Source: Nannocystis sp. RBIL2 (GTDB lineage Bacteria > Myxococcota_A > Polyangia > Nannocystales > Nannocystaceae). Taken from it: a stretch of DNA of 64,000 bases. The stretch covers positions 1,190,151 through 1,254,150 of the forward strand of contig NZ_JAPNJW010000002.1 in assembly GCF_026626745.1 (NCBI RefSeq), written 5' to 3'. A program made the translations under genes and the position numbers. Positions 17,632-26,144 of this stretch are shown one piece after another. The notes under the pieces were generated by a model. That model was not told the DNA's origin, did no database searches, and was given only the letters and a program-made list of their open reading frames with translations. Position 1 is the stretch's first letter. Each line of letters opens with the position of its first letter.

Positions 17632-18159
17632 TCACGCGGCGGCGGCGCCGCCAGCCATCTGCACCTCTGCAGCGGCGCTCGCCAGCGATCGCAGCTCGAG
17701 CCCGACCTCGAAGCTCAGCGCGGTCGCGCCGACGCGGCCGCGTTGGCTCTCGCGGTGAACTTCTACGGCGAGCGTCACGTGCGTCGCATTCGGTACTCTG
17801 CCGCTGCGGAAGCGCACCGTCGCGATCGCAGTCAGCGGCTCCCCCACCAGCACCTCACCGAAGCGCCGCACGCGGCTGATGCTGCGCAGCGTGAGCGCGA
17901 CGTCGCGGAACGGCTCGCTGTGGGCCAGGGCCGACAGCGCCCGACCGAATGCGACCGGCAGCGGACAAACTCGACCCCACGGCTCCGGCGCGCCGCCGCC
18001 GGACACGCTCCCGGTCGACAGCATCTCCTCTCCGCAACCCACTACCTGTCCCAAGAAGCTGGACTCCACATGCGCAGTCAGATCGGCCGGCTTCACCGTG
18101 AAGGTAGAAGTCGTCAAGACCGTTCCGACGCTGAGAGATCCGAGATCGTGTGCGAGCAT
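17632..18159 (-). CDS. hypothetical protein, possibly hotdog-fold (thioesterase/MaoC-like); atypical codon usage
   Basis: AGGAGG 8 nt upstream of ATG; many rare codons for this genome (gca, gga, tct, ttg, act, gta, aga); lies in a lower-GC island 17340-18440. Confidence 0.4.
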   Translation of the reverse strand: MLAHDLGSLSVGTVLTTSTFTVKPADLTAHVESSFLGQVVGCGEEMLSTGSVSGGGAPEPWGRVCPLPVAFGRALSALAHSEPFRDVALTLRSISRVRRFGEVLVGEPLTAIATVRFRSGRVPNATHVTLAVEVHRESQRGRVGATALSFEVGLELRSLASAAAEVQMAGGAAAA

Positions 18160-18438
18160 GACGCGGCCTCCTTGGAATTAGCGTGCCGCCCACTGCCGCG
18201 ATTTGCACGCCAGATCACGCCCAGCGACGATGTGTGCGTCTTCCTCCGCCGTGGATCGCGAGCATCGCCGCAGATCCGGCGAATTTCTCGGCGTCGGCGC
18301 CGATCGTGCGCATGACCGCCTGCTTGCATCGCACGGCGAAATGATCTTCACACGCCTCTTGCGCTGCGAATTCGACGCGATCTCCAGCGCGATCTCTTGC
18401 GCGTGCAACAACGACGGCGGTTCGCACGACCTCTCCGT

Positions 18439-19077
18439 GTGCTCCTCGACTTCCTCGCACCGCCGGTGTGCATCGCCTGTCGTCACCTCCTCCGGGCCCC
18501 GCCCACCGGGGGCATGCCGCCCCTGTGCAGTCGCTGCGCTCCCGAGCTCGCGCTGCTCGACCCGGCCGCGCGGCGCGTCGGCGACGTGGAGGCCTGCTTC
18601 CTTTATGACGGCCCGCTCGCCGCGGCCGTCCGGCGGCTCAAATTCGTCGGCGAGCTCGAGCTCGCCGGGCCGCTGGGCCGGCTCCTCGCCCACGCGTCGG
18701 TGTGGCGCGAGGGCTGGGATCTCGTCGCGCCGGTGCCCCTGCACTGGCGCCGCGCCCTCGCCCGCGGCTTCAACCAGGCCGCCTTGCTGGCTCGCTGGGC
18801 CGCCCGCGAGCACCCGACCGGCGCCCGCCTCGACCCGCGGCTCCTGCAGCGCACGCGCGCCACGCCGCCGCAGAGCGAGCTCGACGGTCCGGCGCGCCGC
18901 GACAACCTGGCGGGCGCGATCGTCGTGCGGGCCGGGCGGTCGCTCGTCGGCCGGCGCGTCCTCGTGGTCGACGACGTGACCACCACCGGCGCCACCCTGA
19001 CCGCCTGCCTCGCCGCCATACGGGCCGCAGGGGCCGCCCGCGCCGCCGGGCTTGCCCTCCTGCGGTCCGCTTTGTAG
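18439..19077 (+). CDS. comF: ComF-family phosphoribosyltransferase-domain protein
   Basis: ORF 18397..19077; likely GTG start at about 18439 (VLLDFLAPPVCIAC); two CxxC pairs then PRTase motif VLVVDDVTTTGATL. Confidence 0.75.
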   Translation: MLLDFLAPPVCIACRHLLRAPPTGGMPPLCSRCAPELALLDPAARRVGDVEACFLYDGPLAAAVRRLKFVGELELAGPLGRLLAHASVWREGWDLVAPVPLHWRRALARGFNQAALLARWAAREHPTGARLDPRLLQRTRATPPQSELDGPARRDNLAGAIVVRAGRSLVGRRVLVVDDVTTTGATLTACLAAIRAAGAARAAGLALLRSAL

Positions 19078-19092
19078 CTTTCCACCCCCGCC

Positions 19093-19569
19093 GTGAAGAA
19101 GACCGACAAGACCGCGACGAAGGACGGCCACATCTTCGTCCAGAACCGCCGAGCCACCTTCGAGTACGAGGTCCTCGAGCGCTACGAGGCCGGCCTCGCG
19201 CTCATGGGCAGCGAGGTCAAGTCGATCCGCGACGGCCGCGCCAGCCTGGGCGAGTCGTACTGCCAGTTCCAGGGCGACCAGCTCTTCCTCTATCAATCGC
19301 ACATCGGCGAGTACACGCAGGCGCACGACCGCAACCACCTGCCGCTGCGCCCGCGCAAGCTGCTGCTGCACCGCAAGGAGCTCGACCACCTGACCGAGGC
19401 GGTCGACCAGGCCGGGCTCACGCTGATCCCGCTCGCGCTGCTGGCCCGCAACGGCCGGATCAAGCTCGAGATGGCGCTGTGCCGCGGCAAGAAGACCTAC
19501 GACAAGCGGGCCTCGATCAAGGAGCGCGAGCAGAAGCGCGAGATCGACAGGGCCATGCGGGAGCGGTGA
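19093..19569 (+). CDS. smpB: SsrA-binding protein SmpB
   Basis: GTG start; HIFVQNRRATFEYEVLERYEAGLALMGSEVKSIR...LLLHRKELDHL is the canonical SmpB sequence. Confidence 0.95.
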   Translation: MKKTDKTATKDGHIFVQNRRATFEYEVLERYEAGLALMGSEVKSIRDGRASLGESYCQFQGDQLFLYQSHIGEYTQAHDRNHLPLRPRKLLLHRKELDHLTEAVDQAGLTLIPLALLARNGRIKLEMALCRGKKTYDKRASIKEREQKREIDRAMRER

Positions 19570-19570
19570 C

Positions 19571-20314
19571 GTGAGCGGCCGGCGCTCGGACGGACCTGTC
19601 CCATCGGACACCCTCGCGGCCCTCGACCGCGCCCGCGACCAGGCCGGCCCGCACCTCTGGTTGGTCCCCACTCCGCCCGCCACCGGCGACGCCGACGACG
19701 CCCTGCGCGAGCTCGACGACCTGCTCGCCCGCGGCGAGTTCGACGAGCCCGCCGTCGCCCGCCTGGTGGCCCTGGCGCCGCGCGCCCCGGGCCGCCTGCG
19801 GGCCGTCGTGGCCGCCCTCGCGGCCGCAGGCAGCCCCGCCGCGGTGGCCGGCCTGCTCACCCTGCCGCAGGTCCCCGGCGCGCTCGAGGCGGCCGCCCGG
19901 GCCCTCGCCCGCGGCCTCACCCGCGCCCTGCCCGGCTCCGCCGCGGCGCCGGTGTTCTTCGCCCTCGACTTCCGCGGCTCGCGAGCGCGGCCGTTCCCGG
20001 ACCTGCTGCGGCGCGCCCAGCTGGTCGCCGCCGATCCGAGCGGCGCCCTCCGGCTCGACGTCCTCCGCGTCGACGGCAAGCCCGCCTACCGCCTGTCCTT
20101 TTGGCCAGACACGATCCCGCCGCGCCCGCGCGCCGAGCTCGCCCGCGCCTGCGCCGCCGACCTCGCGCTGCTCCACGGCCGCCTCGCGCGCCTCCGCGGC
20201 GCCCGCCTGTGGCTGAACGGCTTCTGCTTCCCTGACGACGGCCCGGTGTCGGTCGCCGCTCAGGGCCACCTGCTGGTCGCGTGGCTGACATGGTCTGAGG
20301 GACATGCCCCGTGA
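19571..20314 (+). CDS. hypothetical protein
   Basis: GTG start 1 nt after the smpB stop; high GC3; no recognisable motif. Confidence 0.5.
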   Translation: MSGRRSDGPVPSDTLAALDRARDQAGPHLWLVPTPPATGDADDALRELDDLLARGEFDEPAVARLVALAPRAPGRLRAVVAALAAAGSPAAVAGLLTLPQVPGALEAAARALARGLTRALPGSAAAPVFFALDFRGSRARPFPDLLRRAQLVAADPSGALRLDVLRVDGKPAYRLSFWPDTIPPRPRAELARACAADLALLHGRLARLRGARLWLNGFCFPDDGPVSVAAQGHLLVAWLTWSEGHAP

Positions 20315-21807
20315 GACATGACCCGAAAGACACTCCGTTCGCGCGCGCGCGCACCCGCCTGCGCGAGGCGCTGCAGGCCGGCGCCCGCGGCCTCGGCCTG
20401 CGCGCGGTCGACGAGGCGCGGGCGCTGCGGCTGTGCGAGGACACAGGCGAGCGGCTCGACTGGCCCGTCCACACCTGGAGCGCCGCCGGCGGGCGCGACG
20501 GCCTCGGCGCGCCCGAGCCGCTGCTCGACCTCCTGCGCGGCCTCCTGCGCGACCCCGATCCCGGTCTGTGGGTGCTGCTCGATCCGCCCCCGCTCGAGCC
20601 CGTCGCCCTGCGGGCCCTCCGCGAGCTCGCGCAGCGCAGCGTCGGTCCCGCGGTCGTCGTCGTCGGCGACCTCGCGCCTGCGCTCGTCGCCATCCCCGAG
20701 CTCGAGCTGCTGGAGCTCGAGCTGCCCGACACCGACGAGCTCACCGGCCTCGCGGCCGACCTCGTCGACGAGCTGCGGATCGCCGGCCGCCCCGGCCCCG
20801 CCGCCGCGCTCGACCGTCGCGCGCCGCAGCTCGCCCACGCCGCTCTCGGCCTGTCCGAGCACCAGGCCCGTCGACTGCTGCGCCGCGCCGCCCACGTCCC
20901 CGCCGACGACGCCGCGCTCGCCGAGCTGGGCGCCGGCAAGGCCGAGCTGCTGCGCCGCGGCGGCCTGCTCGAGCGCGTCGAACCTGTCTCTTCAGACATG
21001 CTCGGCGGCCTCGCGCAGCTCAAGCAGTGGCTGGCCCGCCGCGCGCTCGCCCTCCGCCCCGAGGCCCGCGCCGCGGCGATCCCCGACCCCCGCGGCGTCC
21101 TGCTCGTCGGCGTGCAGGGCTGCGGCAAGAGCCTGGCCGCCCGCGTCTGCGCCCACGCGCTCGGCCTCGGCCTCCTGCGGCTGGAGCCGGGCCGGCTCTA
21201 CGGCGGCACGCTCGGCGAGAGCGAGGCCAACCTGCGCCGCGTCACCGCGACGGTCGAGCGCATCGCTCCGGTCGCGCTGTGGATCGACGAGCTCGACAAG
21301 GGCCTGGCCGGCAGCGAGGGCCCGGCGAGCGACGGCGGCACCGCGGCGCGAGTGCTGGGCGGGCTGCTGACGTGGCTGCAGGAGCGCCGACGTCCGGTGT
21401 TCGTGGTCGCCACCGCCAATCAGGTCACGCGCCTGCCGCCCGAGCTGACACGTCGGGGCCGTCTCGACGAGATCTTCTTCGTCGACCTGCCCGACGCGGA
21501 CGAACGCGCTGCCATCGCGGAGATCCATCTCGAGCATGCGCCCCGCTCGCACATGGGCGCCGCCCCGGTCCTCGCTGATCCGTTGCCCGACCTCGTCGAC
21601 CTCGTACGCGCGGCCGACGGACTCTCGGGCGCCGAGATCGAGGGCGCGATCGTGGAAGCTCGCCTCGACGCGTTCGCCGAGTCGCGACCGCTCGCGCGCC
21701 GCGACCTCGCTCGCGCGCTCACCGCGACCATCCCGTTGAGTCGCAGTCGTGCCGGCGAAATCACGGCCCTGCGTGCGTGGGCGAGCGCTGCGGCCCGCAG
21801 GGCTTGA
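20311..21807 (+). CDS. classic-clade AAA+ ATPase with N-terminal domain of unknown function
   Basis: GTG start overlaps the upstream stop (GTGA); Walker A GVQGCGKS, Walker B ALWIDELD, second region of homology TRRGRLDEIFFVDLP; no GAFTGA motif, so not a sigma54 activator. Confidence 0.85.
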   Translation: MRHDPKDTPFARARTRLREALQAGARGLGLRAVDEARALRLCEDTGERLDWPVHTWSAAGGRDGLGAPEPLLDLLRGLLRDPDPGLWVLLDPPPLEPVALRALRELAQRSVGPAVVVVGDLAPALVAIPELELLELELPDTDELTGLAADLVDELRIAGRPGPAAALDRRAPQLAHAALGLSEHQARRLLRRAAHVPADDAALAELGAGKAELLRRGGLLERVEPVSSDMLGGLAQLKQWLARRALALRPEARAAAIPDPRGVLLVGVQGCGKSLAARVCAHALGLGLLRLEPGRLYGGTLGESEANLRRVTATVERIAPVALWIDELDKGLAGSEGPASDGGTAARVLGGLLTWLQERRRPVFVVATANQVTRLPPELTRRGRLDEIFFVDLPDADERAAIAEIHLEHAPRSHMGAAPVLADPLPDLVDLVRAADGLSGAEIEGAIVEARLDAFAESRPLARRDLARALTATIPLSRSRAGEITALRAWASAAARRA

Positions 21808-22086
21808 AGAACCTGTCTTAAAGTTTCAATACGGTGCGTGGCCCGCGGTCGCGCAATGTCTGCACAACCGCGCCAATCGCCCGAGGATGGCCGGCGAACA
21901 GCGGTTCGCACGGTGTGCTGTTGAACACAATTCAAGTGAGCACGATGTCGCGAGCGAACGTGACTCGCACCGCCAAACCTGCTGCGAGCCTTGTGGGAAT
22001 TTGCGTGCTCACGTCCCACCCATCCTGCGAACTCCAGGTGCGTGACACTGCGATCACGGCTATGGGATATTGTACGAGCGCTCATT

Positions 22087-22818
22087 ATGACCGTGCAGCC
22101 GCCGATCACTCCCCTGTCTCAAGGAACAGGACCCGCGGACCAGCCCTCGTCGCCGGCGCGGGTCCTCCTCGTCGACGATCACCCGATCTTCCGCCTCGGC
22201 CTGTCGCAGCTCCTCGGAGCCGAGGCCGACCTGGAGATCGTCGGTGAGGCCGAGGACGCCGAGGCCGCCCTGGCGATCCTGCGCGAGAAGCCCGTCGACC
22301 TCGCGGTCGTCGACCTCTCGCTCAAGACCGGCAGCGGCATCGATCTGATCAAGCAGATCCGCGCCGCCTGGCCCGAGCTCAAGCTGCTGGTGCTGTCGAT
22401 GCACGACGAGCAGCTGTTCGGCGAGCGGGTGCTGCGGGCCGGCGCGCACGGCTACCTGATGAAGCACGTGCCGGCCGAGCGGATCGTCGGCGCCATCCGC
22501 AAGTCGCTGAAGGGCGAGCTGGCGGTGAGCGAGCAGCTGGCCGAGACGATGCTCAACGCCATGGTCTCGCGCCCGCGGGCCGGCACCGGCATCGAGAACC
22601 TCAGCGACCGCGAGCTCGAGGTGTTCGAGCTGCTCGGCCGCGGGCACGACACCCGCAACATCGCCGAGTCGCTCAAGATCTCGATCAAGACCGTCGAGAC
22701 CCATCAGTCCAACCTCAAGCTCAAGCTCGGGGCCCACAGCGCGCACCAGCTGCGCCGCCTCGCCGTCCTGTGGGCGACCGAGGGCCTGGCCGGCCAGCCC
22801 GCGGCCGGCCGCACCTGA
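22087..22818 (+). CDS. NarL/FixJ-family response regulator (REC + LuxR HTH)
   Basis: ORF 21991..22818, Met MTVQPPI at 22087; VLLVDDHPIFRLGL receiver; C-terminal LSDRELEVFELLGRGHDTRNIAESLKISIKTVETHQSNLKLKLG. Confidence 0.9.
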   Translation: MTVQPPITPLSQGTGPADQPSSPARVLLVDDHPIFRLGLSQLLGAEADLEIVGEAEDAEAALAILREKPVDLAVVDLSLKTGSGIDLIKQIRAAWPELKLLVLSMHDEQLFGERVLRAGAHGYLMKHVPAERIVGAIRKSLKGELAVSEQLAETMLNAMVSRPRAGTGIENLSDRELEVFELLGRGHDTRNIAESLKISIKTVETHQSNLKLKLGAHSAHQLRRLAVLWATEGLAGQPAAGRT

Positions 22819-22915
22819 GCCGTCCTGCTCGCCCTGAGCGCGCTCCTGCACGGCCCCCGGCGCGCTCATCCGGCGAGAATTTGCCAGGCCGGCCCGCTCG
22901 GGTCAGCCTCTGGCC

Positions 22916-23098
22916 GTGTCCCGCGCGCGCAACCTCGCCCAGCAGCAGCTCGAGCTGCCCGCGCTGGACGAGCCTGTCGCCGTCGCCGACCTGCCCGAGC
23001 CGACCCCCGCGGCCGCCTGCGCGCGCTGCGGCTGGCTGGTGCGCCAGGCCGAAGAGACATGTCCTTTGTGCCATGCCCCGAAGGACAGCAAGCCATGA
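22916..23098 (+). CDS. small zinc-ribbon-like protein (60 aa)
   Basis: GTG start; good GC3; CARCGW...ETCPLCHA; its last 14 codons are supplied by a GGACATGTCC-type palindromic element; stop overlaps the next ATG (ATGA). Confidence 0.35.
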   Translation: MSRARNLAQQQLELPALDEPVAVADLPEPTPAAACARCGWLVRQAEETCPLCHAPKDSKP

Positions 23099-23499
23099 GC
23101 CGCTACGTCCGCCTCGACCTCGGCGCCCGCGAGCTCGCGCGGGCTGATTTGGAGGCCGCGCTGAGCGAGCTGGGGCTTCGCGCCGAGGTCGCGGAGATCC
23201 CCGGCGGCCTCATGCTCGAGGGCAACTTCGAGTGCGCCGGCGAGCCGGTCGACCTGCGCCTGCCCGCCGGCACGCTGACGGCCGTCGCCGATTTCGGCCT
23301 GCGCGCGGCCGGCAGCACCTTCGTCCTGGTGTGCGGCGAGCACGATCGCGCAGTCCTGGCCGAGCGCCTGGTGGCCCCGCTCACCCGGGCGCTGGCGACC
23401 GCCCGCGTGCGCGCCGCGGCGAGCGCCGCCGGCCTGGCCGTCGACACCACCCAGGCGGCCGACGGTACTCTGCGGCTGCGGGTCCGCCCCCCGACGTAA
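23095..23499 (+). CDS. hypothetical protein
   Basis: ORF 23059..23499, Met MSRYVRLDLGA at 23095; high GC3. Confidence 0.5.
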   Translation: MSRYVRLDLGARELARADLEAALSELGLRAEVAEIPGGLMLEGNFECAGEPVDLRLPAGTLTAVADFGLRAAGSTFVLVCGEHDRAVLAERLVAPLTRALATARVRAAASAAGLAVDTTQAADGTLRLRVRPPT

Positions 23500-23542
23500 C
23501 ACTCGCCGGGGCCCCGCGTTGTCCGAGCCGGAAGGTCGAACG

Positions 23543-24265
23543 ATGTCCGCCTCTCGCCCGCTGCCTCCCGCCGTCTCCGCCGCCATGAGCCGGCGCGACT
23601 TCCTCGCCCGCGCCGCCAGCGGCACCGTCGTCGCCGCCATGGGCGGCGGCATGTTGTGGGTCCTGAACGACCGCCTCACGCGCGAGGCCAAGGCCATGAC
23701 CCTCGCCGACGGCCGCCCGCGCCTCCCGCCCGGCCAGCGCGTGCTCGAGGCGCTGCGGCCGATGGGCGGCGTGCCAGGCTCGCCGAGCCCCGCCGACGTC
23801 AAGATCAAGATCTACGGCGAGGTCGAGAAGCCGTTCGAGCTCGACTGGAACGGCCTGCTCGCCGAGCCGCAGACCGAGGTCGAAGCCGACGTCCACTGCG
23901 TCACCGGCTGGTCGCTGCTCGGCGCGGCGTGGAAGGGCGTGCGCGTCAGTCACCTGGCTGAAAAGGCAGGCCTCAAGAAGACCGCGCGCCACGTCGTGTT
24001 CGAGGGCGCCCACGGCTACACCGCCAACGTCCTGCTCGCCGAGGCGCTCGCGCCCGATGTCCTGGTCGCCCACCGCCACGCCGGCAAGCCGCTCGCGCGC
24101 CCGCACGGCAGCCCGGTGCGCGCCATGGTGCCGGGCCTCTACTTCTGGAAGAGCACCAAGTGGCTGACCGGCATCAAGTTCGTCGCCCGCGACGAGCCCG
24201 GCTACTGGGAGACCCGCGGCTATCACAACCACGCCGACCCGTGGAAGGAAGAGCGCTATGCCTGA
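23543..24265 (+). CDS. msrP: sulfite-oxidase-like molybdopterin oxidoreductase (MsrP/YedY family), Tat-secreted
   Basis: ORF 23519..24265, Met at 23543; twin-arginine signal SRRDFLARAASG; Mo-binding-region similarity HCVTGWS...WKGVRV. Confidence 0.75.
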   Translation: MSASRPLPPAVSAAMSRRDFLARAASGTVVAAMGGGMLWVLNDRLTREAKAMTLADGRPRLPPGQRVLEALRPMGGVPGSPSPADVKIKIYGEVEKPFELDWNGLLAEPQTEVEADVHCVTGWSLLGAAWKGVRVSHLAEKAGLKKTARHVVFEGAHGYTANVLLAEALAPDVLVAHRHAGKPLARPHGSPVRAMVPGLYFWKSTKWLTGIKFVARDEPGYWETRGYHNHADPWKEERYA

Positions 24266-24839
24266 GCCCGAGCGCCGGCGCCCGGTCCGCTGGCGGCCCT
24301 GGCTGCGCGCCCTCCACCGCGACATAGGCTACGTCGCCGTCGGCCTCACCTTCGTCTACGCGCTGTCGGGCCTCGCGGTCAATCACATCGCCGACTGGGA
24401 CCCGAACTTCGACAACTACGAGGCGCGCCACCAGGTCGCCGTGCCGCTGCCCGAGGACGACCGCGCCGCCGCCGACAAGGTCCTCGCCGAGCTCTCCATC
24501 CAAGACCCGCCGACCGAGGTCTACCGCAGCGACGCGCGCGAGCTGTCGATCCTCCTCGACGGCAGCACCCTCCACGTCGACCTCGACAGCGGCGTCGTCC
24601 TCGAGGACGGCCAGCGCCCGCGCCTCTTGCTGCGCGTCGCCAACTGGCTGCACCTGAACCGCGGCAAGAAGGCCTGGACCTACATCGCCGACGGCTACGC
24701 CGTGTTCCTGCTGTTCCTCGCCGCCTCGGGCCTGTTCATGTTGCCCGGCCGCAAGGGCCTGGTCGGCCGCGGCGGCGTGCTCGTGCTGCTCGGGATCGCC
24801 GTCCCCGTGCTGTACGTGACCCTGTCCGGCGGGCCATGA
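24258..24839 (+). CDS. PepSY-associated TM-helix membrane protein (partner of the MsrP-like gene)
   Basis: ATG overlaps the upstream stop; WLRALHRDIGYVAVGLTFVYALSGL is a typical PepSY_TM helix; second TM near the C-terminus. Confidence 0.65.
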   Translation: MPEPERRRPVRWRPWLRALHRDIGYVAVGLTFVYALSGLAVNHIADWDPNFDNYEARHQVAVPLPEDDRAAADKVLAELSIQDPPTEVYRSDARELSILLDGSTLHVDLDSGVVLEDGQRPRLLLRVANWLHLNRGKKAWTYIADGYAVFLLFLAASGLFMLPGRKGLVGRGGVLVLLGIAVPVLYVTLSGGP

Positions 24840-24845
24840 CCCCAA

Positions 24846-24898
24846 GGACATGCCCCTTCGGGCATGTTCAAGAGGGCATGCCCTTACGGACATGCCCT
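24846..24898. repeat. cluster of four GGACATGCCC / GGGCATG half-sites
   Basis: AAGGACATGCCCcttcGGGCATGTTCaAGAGGGCATGCCCttacGGACATGCCCTCT. Confidence 0.75.
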
Positions 24899-24920
24899 CT
24901 TGTTCATTCCCCTCCGCGGT

Positions 24921-25703
24921 CTACTGCAGCCGCTCGCGCAGGAACGACAGCGTGCGCTGCAGCGCCTGCTCGGTCGGGTGGCCGGTCTCGCGCACGAGGT
25001 CGACGGTCAGCACGCTGTGGGCCGACGGCTTGATCCCGTGGGCGTTGCCCGGGCCGGAGTCGATCTCGATCGCCTCGAAGCCCTCCTTGAGCTCGCGCTT
25101 CAGCGTCTCGAACCGCTCGCGCGGGACCTTGCCGTCGTGGGTGAAGCACAGGCCGAGCACCTTGAGGCCCTCGTCCTTGACCCGCCGCTTCACCGTGGCG
25201 AGCTCGTCCGGCGCGATCGCCAGCTGACCGCGGCGCGCCTTGCCGACCGGCAGCGGCAGCGCCGGCTGCGACATCACCGGCGCCATCAGCGACGGCTCGA
25301 CCGCCATCGACAGCGCGAAGTTCCCCGTCAGGCACATGCCGATCGCGCCGACGCCCTTGCCGCCGAGCTCCTTGTGCAGCGCGCGGGCCAGGCCCCGCAG
25401 CCAGTTCGTGATCGGGCTCGACTCTTGGCCGGCGAGCAGCTTGAACTCTTTGCTCACGCACAGCTTGAGCATCGTGCTGGCGAGGTAGCCGCCGGACACC
25501 GGCTTCATCGGCTCGCCGAACAGGTCGGGCAAGACCACGGTGAAGCCCGCGTCCGCCACCAGGTTGGCGAACGTGACCACCGCCTCGTGGATGCCGGGGA
25601 CCTCGGTGATGATGACGACCCCCGGGCCACGCCCGCGCCGATAGACCGTCTTGGTGACGCCCTCGTGGGTGAACTCCGATGCGCTGTAGCCCTGGATCGA
25701 CAT
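24921..25703 (-). CDS. dienelactone hydrolase family protein
   Basis: DLH-like alpha/beta hydrolase: GAIGMCLTGNFAL nucleophile region and overall length and fold pattern. Confidence 0.8.
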   Translation of the reverse strand: MSIQGYSASEFTHEGVTKTVYRRGRGPGVVIITEVPGIHEAVVTFANLVADAGFTVVLPDLFGEPMKPVSGGYLASTMLKLCVSKEFKLLAGQESSPITNWLRGLARALHKELGGKGVGAIGMCLTGNFALSMAVEPSLMAPVMSQPALPLPVGKARRGQLAIAPDELATVKRRVKDEGLKVLGLCFTHDGKVPRERFETLKRELKEGFEAIEIDSGPGNAHGIKPSAHSVLTVDLVRETGHPTEQALQRTLSFLRERLQ

Positions 25704-25779
25704 CGCCGCGAGTGTATCAGCCTTCGGGCCGGCGCGAGCTTGTCAAATCGCGCAGAGGCGTGCGAGGCTCGGCGCCGCC

Positions 25780-26142
25780 GTGTCCTACGAGCTCTTCCTG
25801 GTCCTCCACATCTTCGGCATCGTCCTCCTCTTTATGGGCCTCGGCGGCCTCGCGTTCCACGGCATCGCCGGTGGCACTCGTGAGACCAACCCCGCGCGTG
25901 GGCTGGTCGCTGCCACGCACGGCGTGGGAACGTTGCTCATCGTCGCGGCCGGCTTCGGCATGCTCGGGGTGAAGTACGGCGGCGCCATGCCTGGCTGGGT
26001 TCACCCCAAGTTGCTCGCGTGGATCTGCCTTGCGGCCGCCCCCGCGTTGGTGGCTCGCAAGCCCGGCGCCGGTCGCGTGCTGTGGTTCGTCGCGCCGCTG
26101 CTCGGCCTCCTCGCCGCGTACTTCGGCCTCAACCACAAGTAG
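25780..26142 (+). CDS. small integral membrane protein (4 predicted TM)
   Basis: GTG start; alternating hydrophobic helices LFLVLHIFGIVLLFMGLGGLAF... Confidence 0.55.
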   Translation: MSYELFLVLHIFGIVLLFMGLGGLAFHGIAGGTRETNPARGLVAATHGVGTLLIVAAGFGMLGVKYGGAMPGWVHPKLLAWICLAAAPALVARKPGAGRVLWFVAPLLGLLAAYFGLNHK

Positions 26143-26144
26143 CG

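Noticed and set aside
19093-19569. tmRNA (ssrA) next to smpB, and any tRNA or rRNA genes
   Set aside because: No GGTTCGAATCC-type T-loop, acceptor or CCA context, or tag-peptide reading frame was found by eye near smpB or elsewhere. No rRNA-like conserved stretches. This scan was manual, not exhaustive.
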